Shown here piece by piece: positions 25,703-33,215 of a DNA stretch of 64,000 nucleotides. The notes under the pieces were generated by a model. It did not search any database. It saw only the letters and a program-made list of their open reading frames with translations, and was not told where the DNA came from. The DNA lies in contig PHBC01000008.1 in the NCBI GenBank assembly GCA_002840505.1, forward strand, positions 7,193-71,192, written 5' to 3'. A program made the position numbers and the translations under genes. Source of the DNA: Deltaproteobacteria bacterium HGW-Deltaproteobacteria-2. GTDB taxonomy: Bacteria > Desulfobacterota > Syntrophia > Syntrophales > Smithellaceae. Each line of letters starts with the position of its first letter. The stretch's first letter is position 1.

Positions 25703-25738
25703 GCAAAAACGGACGGGAGTTCGACTCCCTGTTTTTGC
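25703..25738 (+). other. degenerate T-arm-like hairpin (possible relic att site or tRNA-like fragment)
   Basis: GCAAAAAC..GGGAGTTCGACTCCC..GTTTTTGC. It shares GTTCGACTCCC (25719-25729) with the genuine T-arm 103 bp downstream (25822-25832). Confidence 0.35.
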
Positions 25739-25807
25739 GGTAGAAATGCGGTAGTAGTGAAATTAGATAGTTATAAAAAGGCGTGATAAAAAACGTAATA
25801 AAATCAA

Positions 25808-25845
25808 GGGTTGCGCTGCGGGTTCGACTCCCGCCGCCTCCACCA
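25808..25845 (+). ncRNA. 3'-terminal fragment of a tmRNA (ssrA) or tRNA-Ala gene (T-arm, acceptor 3' strand, ACCA); probable attR
   Basis: GCGGG-TTCGACT-CCCGC T-arm (25818-25834), then CGCCTCC-A-CCA. The T at position 70 implies a G3:U70 pair, and A73 is present; together these mark alanine identity. No matching 5' half lies upstream, where the sequence is AT-rich. Confidence 0.55.
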
Positions 25846-25879
25846 TTAGGGAATCCAACAAAATCCAAAGAAGTATAAG

Positions 25880-25906
25880 AACCCGTTAGAAATAGTGGGT
25901 TTTTTC
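25880..25906 (+). terminator. weak intrinsic terminator downstream of the tRNA-like 3' end
   Basis: AACCC-12 nt loop-GGGTT followed by TTTTT. Confidence 0.35.
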
Positions 25907-26119
25907 TATGGCAAAAAAATGGATATTTTGATATGTACAAATCAAAAGCAATAGATGAAATGACATCATTCGCCCTCACTTGCCCTCTCTGAAGATGATT
26001 TGATGCCTGTTAGCACGCGGTCTTCATAGTTTTTTGTTCTGATAGGAATTACTTAACTTCAAATTATTTTAACAAGATTAGAAAGAGTTCAACTTTTTAA
26101 TCAGGTAAGGTTTTGGGAG

Positions 26120-27874
26120 ATGACAATGGTTAAGAAAAAACATAATGATGTTATTCTCAAAAAATGCCCGACGGGCATCAAGGGGCTCGATGAAATCACG
26201 AAGGGAGGGCTACCGAAGGGCAGGCCAACACTGATCTGCGGCTCTGCGGGTTGCGGCAAAACACTTTTCTCCATGGAATTTCTCATGCGGGGCGCCATGG
26301 ATTACGGTGAGCCCGGGGTCTTTATGACCTTCGAGGAAACGCCGGAAGATCTTGCGAAGAACTTCATGTCTCTCGGATTCGATCTTCATGACATGGTGAA
26401 ACGCGGTCTCATCGCCACTGATCATGTTTATATCGAGCGCAGTGAGATTGAAGAGACAGGTGAGTACGATCTGGAAGGATTGTTCGTCCGCCTGGGCAGT
26501 GCCATTGATTCCATCGGAGCAAAACGGGTTGTCCTGGATACCATCGAAGCGCTTTTCTCCGGGCTGTCTAATACCGGTATCATCCGCGCAGAACTCAGAA
26601 GGCTTTTTCACTGGTTGAAAGAGCGCGGTGTAACCGCCATCGTTACGGGAGAAAGCGGCGACAAAACGCTGACACGCTACGGGCTTGAAGAATACGTGGC
26701 CGATTGCGTGATCTTACTCGATTTTCGCATTGACGAACAAATTTCCACGCGCCGTCTGCGTATTGTCAAGTACCGCGGATCATCTCATGGCGCCGACGAA
26801 TACCCTTTCCTGATTGACGAAAGCGGCATCTCTATCCTGCCCATCACTTCTCTGGGACTCGATTATCCTGTTTCCCGCCAGCGCATCGCCACGGGCATCC
26901 CCAAGTTGGATGCCATGTTCGAAGGGAAGGGGTTCTATCGGGGCAGCACCATTCTTGTCTCGGGTACAGCGGGCACCGGCAAAACAAGTATGTCTGCCAC
27001 CTTTGCCGACGCCGCCTGCCGGCGTGGTGAGCGCTGCCTGTATTTTGCTTTTGAGGAATCGCCCAGCCAGATTATCCGGAACATGGGCTCCATCGGCATC
27101 GATCTCACACGATGGGTGAAGAAGGGGCTGCTCAAGTTTCATTCCGCTAGGCCTTCGCTTTACGGTCTGGAGATGCATCTTGTCACCTTCCACAAAGTGA
27201 TCGATGAGTTCCAGCCCCAGGTTTTTGTCGTTGACCCGATCAGCAACTTAAGCGCCGCGGGAACACCATCAGAGGTCAAATCAATCTTAACGCGCCTGAT
27301 CGACCATTTGAAGATGAAAAATATCACAACTTACCTTACGGACCTCAACCATTTTGGAAGCAGTCTTGAGCACACCAGCGAAGAGATATCTTCTCTGATC
27401 GATACATGGCTGCTACTGAGAGATATCGAACTCAATGGAGAGCGTAACCGGGGCCTCTATATTTTGAAGTCCCGCGGCATGGCCCACTCCAACCAGATTC
27501 AGGAATTCCTGCTCACGAATCAGGGCATTGACCTGATCGACATCTATACCGGTTCGGGCGAGGTATTAACCGGCAGTGCCCGGGCAGCTCAGGAAGCCGG
27601 GGAAAAGGCCTCTGAACTGGCAGCACGGCGAGAGGCGGAACGCAGGCTCCGCGAGCAGGAGCGCAAGAGAAATGCCCTGGAAACAAAGATTGCCGCGCTG
27701 CGTGCCGAGTTTGATGTGGAAACACAAGAGGTGCAGTTGATGGCGGAAGAAGAGCAAAAAAGACAGGCTATGCTGGCCCAGGATCGCTTGGTTATGGCGC
27801 ATCTGCGCAAGGGGAAAACTTCGGCTCCGCAGACGAAGCATTCGAAAAAGAAGAGAGAAAGGAGCATGCGCTGA
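26120..27874 (+). CDS. kaiC: KaiC-family double-RecA ATPase/autokinase with a C-terminal coiled-coil extension
   Basis: Two Walker A motifs ([16 protein letters not shown]), paired catalytic EE ([16 protein letters not shown]), and [17 protein letters not shown] at the N-terminus. Length is 584 aa. An alternative ATG lies at 26126. Confidence 0.9.
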   Translation: MTMVKKKHNDVILKKCPTGIKGLDEITKGGLPKGRPTLICGSAGCGKTLFSMEFLMRGAMDYGEPGVFMTFEETPEDLAKNFMSLGFDLHDMVKRGLIATDHVYIERSEIEETGEYDLEGLFVRLGSAIDSIGAKRVVLDTIEALFSGLSNTGIIRAELRRLFHWLKERGVTAIVTGESGDKTLTRYGLEEYVADCVILLDFRIDEQISTRRLRIVKYRGSSHGADEYPFLIDESGISILPITSLGLDYPVSRQRIATGIPKLDAMFEGKGFYRGSTILVSGTAGTGKTSMSATFADAACRRGERCLYFAFEESPSQIIRNMGSIGIDLTRWVKKGLLKFHSARPSLYGLEMHLVTFHKVIDEFQPQVFVVDPISNLSAAGTPSEVKSILTRLIDHLKMKNITTYLTDLNHFGSSLEHTSEEISSLIDTWLLLRDIELNGERNRGLYILKSRGMAHSNQIQEFLLTNQGIDLIDIYTGSGEVLTGSARAAQEAGEKASELAARREAERRLREQERKRNALETKIAALRAEFDVETQEVQLMAEEEQKRQAMLAQDRLVMAHLRKGKTSAPQTKHSKKKRERSMR

Positions 27875-27876
27875 AA

Positions 27877-28200
27877 ATGGCTGCAACAGTAAAAGGAAAT
27901 AAAAAGACCGATGCAACAGAAGAAATCTGGAATCTCAGGTTGTATGTCGCCGGTCAGACCCCGAAATCAATTACGGCCTTTGCTAATTTAAAGAATATCT
28001 GTGATGAGCACCTTGCCGGAAAATACCGAATTGAAGTCATTGATCTTTTAAAGAATCCCCAGCTGGCCAAAGGTGATCAGATTATTGCCATACCGACACT
28101 GGTTAGGAAACTACCCGAGCCGATTAAAAAGATTATCGGCGATCTGGCCAACACGGAACGTGTCCTGGTGGGACTGGACATTCGTTCTGTCTCAGGATGA
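27877..28200 (+). CDS. kaiB: KaiB
   Basis: [63 protein letters not shown] is the thioredoxin-like KaiB signature. The start lies 2 nt after the kaiC stop. Confidence 0.9.
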   Translation: MAATVKGNKKTDATEEIWNLRLYVAGQTPKSITAFANLKNICDEHLAGKYRIEVIDLLKNPQLAKGDQIIAIPTLVRKLPEPIKKIIGDLANTERVLVGLDIRSVSG

Positions 28201-28270
28201 TAAGTCAGCAATCAGAGGTCAGGAATCAGGATTCAGTCTGCCTGAGCCGTAACTTATTGTAGTAACAGCG

Positions 28271-28615
28271 ATGGAGATGAAAAAAGTGAAAACTAACACT
28301 GAGAAATTCGAAAAAGTGGCAGCTAAGCAGGACCGGGCAAAGTATGTTCTTCGGCTGTACGTCACAGGAATGACCCCAAAATCAACCAGGGCCATTACCA
28401 ATGTCCAGACACTCTGTGAACAGTACCTGAAGGGTTGCTATGAACTCGAGGTGATTGACATCTACCAGCAGCCCAAACTGGCCGCGGGAGAACAGATTAT
28501 TGCCACGCCGACGCTTATCAAGAAACTCCCCCTGCCGCTGAGGAAAGTCATCGGCGACATGTCGGATACGGAAAGGTTTCTTGTGGGCATCGATCTGAAA
28601 TCCAAGAAATTATAA
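28271..28615 (+). CDS. kaiB: second KaiB paralogue
   Basis: LRLYVTGMTPKSTRAITNVQTLCEQYLKGCYELEVIDIYQQPKLAAGEQIIATPTLIKKLPLP; carries a longer N-terminus than the first copy. Confidence 0.85.
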   Translation: MEMKKVKTNTEKFEKVAAKQDRAKYVLRLYVTGMTPKSTRAITNVQTLCEQYLKGCYELEVIDIYQQPKLAAGEQIIATPTLIKKLPLPLRKVIGDMSDTERFLVGIDLKSKKL

Positions 28616-28625
28616 GAGCGAATAA

Positions 28626-30248
28626 ATGAACAAAACGGATAAAACACGCCAGCAACTTTTGGACGAATTGCAGGAGCTCAAAGATCGGATGAAGGAATCC
28701 GATGAAACTCTGCGCGCCATCCTGAACGGTGAAGTGGATGGTCTCGTTGTGAAAACGGAGGAAGGCGATCGGGTCTTTACACTATCGGGTGCGGATCATC
28801 CTTACCGGATCATGGTCGAAACCATGAACGAAGGGGCCGTCACAATGGGCGCTGACGGCACGATCCTTTTCTGTAATCAACGTTTTGCAAATATCGTCAA
28901 AGCGTCTCTGAAAAAAATAATGGGATCTCCAATCTATCAATACCTTTCATCAACAGATATTCCATTATTTAAGACATTGATTGAACGGGGCATGAAAGGG
29001 AAAAGTAAGGCGGAAATCAAACTACAAACCGGATGTGAAAAATTCGTGCCTGTCTTACTTTCTATTAACGCTATTCAACACACGGATATTCCCGGTGTAT
29101 TGTGCATGGTAGTTACCGACCTGACGGAACAAAAGCATAATGAAGAAATGCGGGTAGAGGAGCGGGCGCTGCAAAAATCCCATGACAAGCTTGAGCAGCA
29201 GGTAGAAGAGCGAACAGTTAAACTTCGGACGGCTCTTCATGAAATCAAAGAAATGAAAGATAAGCTCGAGGCCGAGAATATCTACTTCCGTCAAGAGCAC
29301 AAAACAAAACATCAATTTGAGAATATTATCGGGCAGAGTGATGGTCTTAAGTATGTTCTCTATCGGGCACAGCAAGTTGCTCCAGGGAACACAACGATCC
29401 TCATCCTCGGGGAGACCGGTACGGGGAAAGAGCTGATCGCTGCCTCCATCCATAACATGAGTCCCCGAAAAGAAAGGCCATTGATCACGGTCAACTGTGC
29501 CGCCCTGCCGGGTAATTTAATTGAGAGCGAATTGTTCGGTCGGGAGAAGGGAGCATTTACCGGAGCAGATGCCCGGAGGATGGGGCGATTCGAAGTTGCT
29601 AATGGTTCTACAATATGTCTTGATGAGATCGGGGAGCTGCCGCTGGAGTTGCAGGGAAAGTTGCTGAGGGTGATTCAGCATGGCGAGTTTGAGCGTCTGG
29701 GTTCTTCCCAAACCATCAAAGTCGATGCGCGGATCATAGCAACGACCAATCGAAACCTTGAAGAAGAAGTTCGCCAGGGCCGGTTTCGGCAGGATCTTTT
29801 CTATCGGCTCAACGTCTTCCCCATCACGGTCCCGCCACTACGGCTACGCAAAGATGACATTCCGCTGATGGTCCAGGCCTTTATGGAACGGTATTCCAGA
29901 AAATTGGGCAAACAGATAACGAATATTCCGAAGGAAACGATTAAAGCACTGAAGGATTATCCTTGGCCCGGTAACGTCCGGGAGCTGGAAAGTATCATTG
30001 AACGAGCTGTGATCTTGTGCCCCGGGCCGGTTTTGCAGCTGGCGGATAAACTGGAGATTTCATCTCCCACACTTTCATCTGCCATGCGAACACTGGAAGA
30101 TACGGAGCGAAGCCAAATTATAAAAATCCTCACGGAAACCAACTGGCGCATCGAGGGAAAAGACGGGGCCGCAGCTATCCTGGGCATCCATCCGAGTACT
30201 TTAAGAGCGAGACTGCATAAGCTGGAAATAGTGCGGCCGGAGACATAA
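28626..30248 (+). CDS. sigma54-dependent transcriptional activator: coiled coil-PAS-AAA+(GAFTGA)-Fis-type HTH, no receiver domain (EBP1)
   Basis: Walker A GETGTGKE, the GAFTGA loop ([10 protein letters not shown]), [24 protein letters not shown], and a C-terminal [26 protein letters not shown]. Starts 10 nt after the kaiB2 stop. Confidence 0.9.
   Translation: MNKTDKTRQQLLDELQELKDRMKESDETLRAILNGEVDGLVVKTEEGDRVFTLSGADHPYRIMVETMNEGAVTMGADGTILFCNQRFANIVKASLKKIMGSPIYQYLSSTDIPLFKTLIERGMKGKSKAEIKLQTGCEKFVPVLLSINAIQHTDIPGVLCMVVTDLTEQKHNEEMRVEERALQKSHDKLEQQVEERTVKLRTALHEIKEMKDKLEAENIYFRQEHKTKHQFENIIGQSDGLKYVLYRAQQVAPGNTTILILGETGTGKELIAASIHNMSPRKERPLITVNCAALPGNLIESELFGREKGAFTGADARRMGRFEVANGSTICLDEIGELPLELQGKLLRVIQHGEFERLGSSQTIKVDARIIATTNRNLEEEVRQGRFRQDLFYRLNVFPITVPPLRLRKDDIPLMVQAFMERYSRKLGKQITNIPKETIKALKDYPWPGNVRELESIIERAVILCPGPVLQLADKLEISSPTLSSAMRTLEDTERSQIIKILTETNWRIEGKDGAAAILGIHPSTLRARLHKLEIVRPET
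29265..30239 (+). repeat. about 975-bp segment (AAA+ and HTH coding part of EBP1) repeated colinearly at +4950 bp in EBP2
   Basis: Colinear with 34215-35189 without indels. For example, a 47-nt identical run occurs at 29508-29554 and 34458-34504. Confidence 0.85.
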
Positions 30249-30281
30249 GAATCAGATTGGCATATTTAAGAAAATTCTGGT

Positions 30282-33035
30282 ATGTCTATCACCATGAAAA
30301 AACAAGCAAAAACAGTAAAAAAAGATCATAAAAGGGATAAATCTCCCCTTACCCGGATAAACCGTACAGATAACTTAACGAAGGGAACCTCCGTTACTCT
30401 TTTCAGTATTCCCTTGAGAGGTAACAAAGCGCAGAAAAAAATTTCCGGCTTACCAAAAGATACACTGGCGCGGCCCCAAAAAGATTTTCTTTTTCCCATA
30501 GCCGGTATCGGTGCGTCCGCAGGCGGACTGGAAGCCATCGAACAGTTCCTGCGGCATGTTCCCGCAAACAGCGGCGTCGCTTTTATCATCGTCCAGCATC
30601 TGGATCCGACCCACAAGGGTATGATGCACGAATTGCTTAAGCGCGCCACCTCGATGGAGATTTTTCAGGTCAAAGATGGAATGCGGGTCAAGCCAAACTG
30701 CGTTTATGTTATTCCCCCCAACAAGGACATGTCCATTCTGCACGGAGTACTGCATCTGTTCCAGCCGACGGCGCCACGCGGTCTGCGCCTCCCGATTGAT
30801 TTCTTTTTGCGCTCCCTGGCCGATGACTGTCAGGAACACAGCATAGGCGTCATCCTCTCCGGCATGGGTTCGGACGGTACGATGGGATTACGCGCTATCA
30901 AAGAAAAGATGGGCGTGACGCTGGTGCAGGAACCTGCCTCGGCCAAGTTCGACAGCATGCCCCGCAGCGCCATTACGGCAGGTCTTGCCGACATCATCGC
31001 TCCAGCGGCGGATTTGCCCGGAAAGATTATCGACTATCTGAACCACACTATCTTCATTGCCAAAAATGGAATGCCCATGGAGGAGAAGGACCAAAGCGCT
31101 CTGGAGAAAGTCTTCATTCTCCTTCGCTCCAAGACCGGCCATGATTTTTCCATGTACAAAAAGAACACCGTTTACCGCCGGATCGAACGGCGCATGAGCA
31201 TTCACAAGATCAACCGGATCGCGTCTTATGTCCGCTACCTGCAGGAGAATTCGCAGGAAGTTGAGCTTCTCTTTAAGGAGCTTCTGATCGGCGTGACCAG
31301 CTTTTTTCGTGACGATGCGGCATGGGAACATCTGCGTCTGAAGGTTATCCCGGCGCTGCTGAAAACCCGCGAAGCCCGACAAACTCTGCGGGCCTGGTCG
31401 GCGGGCTGTTCGACCGGAGAAGAAGCGTATTCGCTGGCGATGGCCTTCAAAGAAGCCGTCGAACAGATTAAACCGGCCCAAAATTTTAAACTGCATATCT
31501 TTGCTACCGACCTCGATCGCGAAACGATAGACAAAGCAAGGCAGGGATTCTATCCGGCTAATATCGTCGCGGACATAACCCCCGGGCGACTGAAGCGTTT
31601 TTTTAACAAGGTAGAAGGCGGCTACCAGATCGTGAAGGAGATTCGGGAAATGGTGACTTTCGCCACTCAGAATATCGTCATGGACCCGCCCTTTACCAAG
31701 CTGGATATCCTTGTTTGCCGCAACCTTTTAATTTATTTGACGCCGGAGCTGCAAAAAAAGCTCCTGCAGCTTTTTCATTATAGCCTGAACCCTGGCGGCA
31801 TCCTGTTTCTGGGAAGTTCGGAGACCATCAGCACTTTCACCCATCTATTTGCGCCTCTTAACATCAAGACACGGATTTTCCGGAGACTCGAATCAGTCCT
31901 GCCGGCAGAAACACAGATATTCCCTGTTTCATTTTCTCCCGCCAAGTCGGGAGTTTCCAAGGAGTTAACGATGTTGAAACCTGCAACGAATCTGCAATCA
32001 TTAGCCGACCAATTACTTCTGCAGCGCTTTTCCCCGCCCGCCGTTCTGGTGAACGAGAAAGGGGACATCCTTTATATCAGCGGAAGGACAGGCAAATATC
32101 TGGAGCCGGCTGCCGGCAAGGCCAACTGGAATATTTTTGCCATGGCCCGGGAAGGGCTCCGTTTTGATCTCGGCAGCGCTTTCCAGAAGGCCCTCAGACA
32201 AAAAGGAACGGTCACCGCCAAGGATCTTACGGTGGATGAAAACGGCGGCACGCATACAGTCGATATCACCGTCAAGTTTATTCAGGAGCCGGAGGCGCTG
32301 CGGGGAATGGTCATGATCGTTTTTACCGACGTGGAAACATCTCCGGCAAAGAAATCGAAGGTTGGCGCAAAGACCGCGCCTGCCGGTCATGCCCGGGTTC
32401 TGGAACTGGAGCAGGAACTGAGACATCTGCGCGAAGAGCTTCAGACAACCCGCGAAGAAATGCAATCTTCGCAGGAAGAACTCAAATCAGCCAATGAAGA
32501 ACTTCAATCCACCAACGAAGAGTTGCAGTCCACCAATGAAGAGCTGACCACCTCCCGGGAAGAAATGCAATCCATGAACGAAGAATTGCAGACGGTCAAC
32601 GCTGAGCAGCAATCCAAGATGGAAGAGCTCTTTAAAATAAACGACGATATGAGGAATCTCCTCAACAGCACGGAAATCGTCACTGTGTTTTTAGACAACG
32701 ACCTCCATGTCCGGCGCTTTACGCCCGGGGCGGACAAAATCTTCAAACTGATTCCGGGAGACGTGGGACGGCCGCTCTCCGATATCGTCAGCGACCTGCT
32801 CTATCCCAAAATGACCGAGGAAGCACGGGAAGTGCTGCGCACGCTGGTCTTTTCGGAAAAGCAGGTTGCCACGGCCGACGGGCGCTGGTTTTCAGTGCGC
32901 ATTATGCCCTACCGTACCATGGATGACGTCATCGGCGGCGTGGTGATCACCTTTTCGAATATTACCGCGACCAAGTCGCTGGAAGCCGAACTGAGGGAAG
33001 AGATTGGCAAGTTAAAAAATGAAGATAGCAGATAG
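30282..33035 (+). CDS. CheB-type methylesterase / CheR-type methyltransferase / PAS fusion protein with a heptad coiled coil; no kinase or receiver output
   Basis: CheB-like block VAFIIVQHLDPTHKG...GVILSGMGSDG. CheR-like block TSFFRD...LRAWSAGCSTGEEAYSLAM...IFATDLD...FCRNLLIYL. Coiled coil EELKSANEELQSTNEELQSTNEEL, followed by a PAS domain. Confidence 0.85.
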   Translation: MSITMKKQAKTVKKDHKRDKSPLTRINRTDNLTKGTSVTLFSIPLRGNKAQKKISGLPKDTLARPQKDFLFPIAGIGASAGGLEAIEQFLRHVPANSGVAFIIVQHLDPTHKGMMHELLKRATSMEIFQVKDGMRVKPNCVYVIPPNKDMSILHGVLHLFQPTAPRGLRLPIDFFLRSLADDCQEHSIGVILSGMGSDGTMGLRAIKEKMGVTLVQEPASAKFDSMPRSAITAGLADIIAPAADLPGKIIDYLNHTIFIAKNGMPMEEKDQSALEKVFILLRSKTGHDFSMYKKNTVYRRIERRMSIHKINRIASYVRYLQENSQEVELLFKELLIGVTSFFRDDAAWEHLRLKVIPALLKTREARQTLRAWSAGCSTGEEAYSLAMAFKEAVEQIKPAQNFKLHIFATDLDRETIDKARQGFYPANIVADITPGRLKRFFNKVEGGYQIVKEIREMVTFATQNIVMDPPFTKLDILVCRNLLIYLTPELQKKLLQLFHYSLNPGGILFLGSSETISTFTHLFAPLNIKTRIFRRLESVLPAETQIFPVSFSPAKSGVSKELTMLKPATNLQSLADQLLLQRFSPPAVLVNEKGDILYISGRTGKYLEPAAGKANWNIFAMAREGLRFDLGSAFQKALRQKGTVTAKDLTVDENGGTHTVDITVKFIQEPEALRGMVMIVFTDVETSPAKKSKVGAKTAPAGHARVLELEQELRHLREELQTTREEMQSSQEELKSANEELQSTNEELQSTNEELTTSREEMQSMNEELQTVNAEQQSKMEELFKINDDMRNLLNSTEIVTVFLDNDLHVRRFTPGADKIFKLIPGDVGRPLSDIVSDLLYPKMTEEAREVLRTLVFSEKQVATADGRWFSVRIMPYRTMDDVIGGVVITFSNITATKSLEAELREEIGKLKNEDSR

Positions 33036-33215
33036 AATGCATAATACAGGAAATAGAATAAAGAAAGCTGTCCCCCGCTGGCGGGGGATTAAGGGGGTGG
33101 ACTTTTTAACGTGGCTGTAATGTTTATCGGTTACAGCTTGAAAGTCCTTTATCCACCTCCGTCCCGATGACACATCGGGACACCTCCGCCGGCGGAGGAT
33201 AAAAAAGGAGCAGTC

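Noticed and set aside
25770-25845. A complete tRNA gene ending at the ACCA at 25845.
   Set aside because: Only the T-arm and the acceptor 3' strand are present. The 70 nt upstream are AT-rich, with no GGGGGCG/GGAGGCG acceptor 5' strand, D-arm or anticodon arm.
26210-27916. Several minus-strand and alternative-frame ORFs across kaiC (26210..26611, 26780..27193, 27566..27916).
   Set aside because: kaiC motifs are unambiguous on the + strand. The others are Arg/Pro-rich shadow frames.
30255-30281. Sigma54-like TTGGCAT upstream of the CheBR gene, and TAGCACGCGG upstream of kaiC (about 26010).
   Set aside because: At the first site, 12 nt downstream of the GG lies AA rather than GC. The second lacks the GG dinucleotide. 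Neither has the TGAGG upstream sites.
32440-32620. Tandem DNA repeat or CRISPR-like periodicity (CAATGAAGAACTTCAATCCACCAACGAAGAGTTGCAGTCCACC...).
   Set aside because: It is the in-frame heptad coiled coil EELQSTNEEL of the CheBR-PAS protein. The units are imperfect at the DNA level and have no spacer architecture. No CRISPR array exists in the window.
30282-33035. A chemotaxis operon.
   Set aside because: Only the CheB/CheR fusion is present. No CheA, CheW, CheY or MCP genes are in the window.
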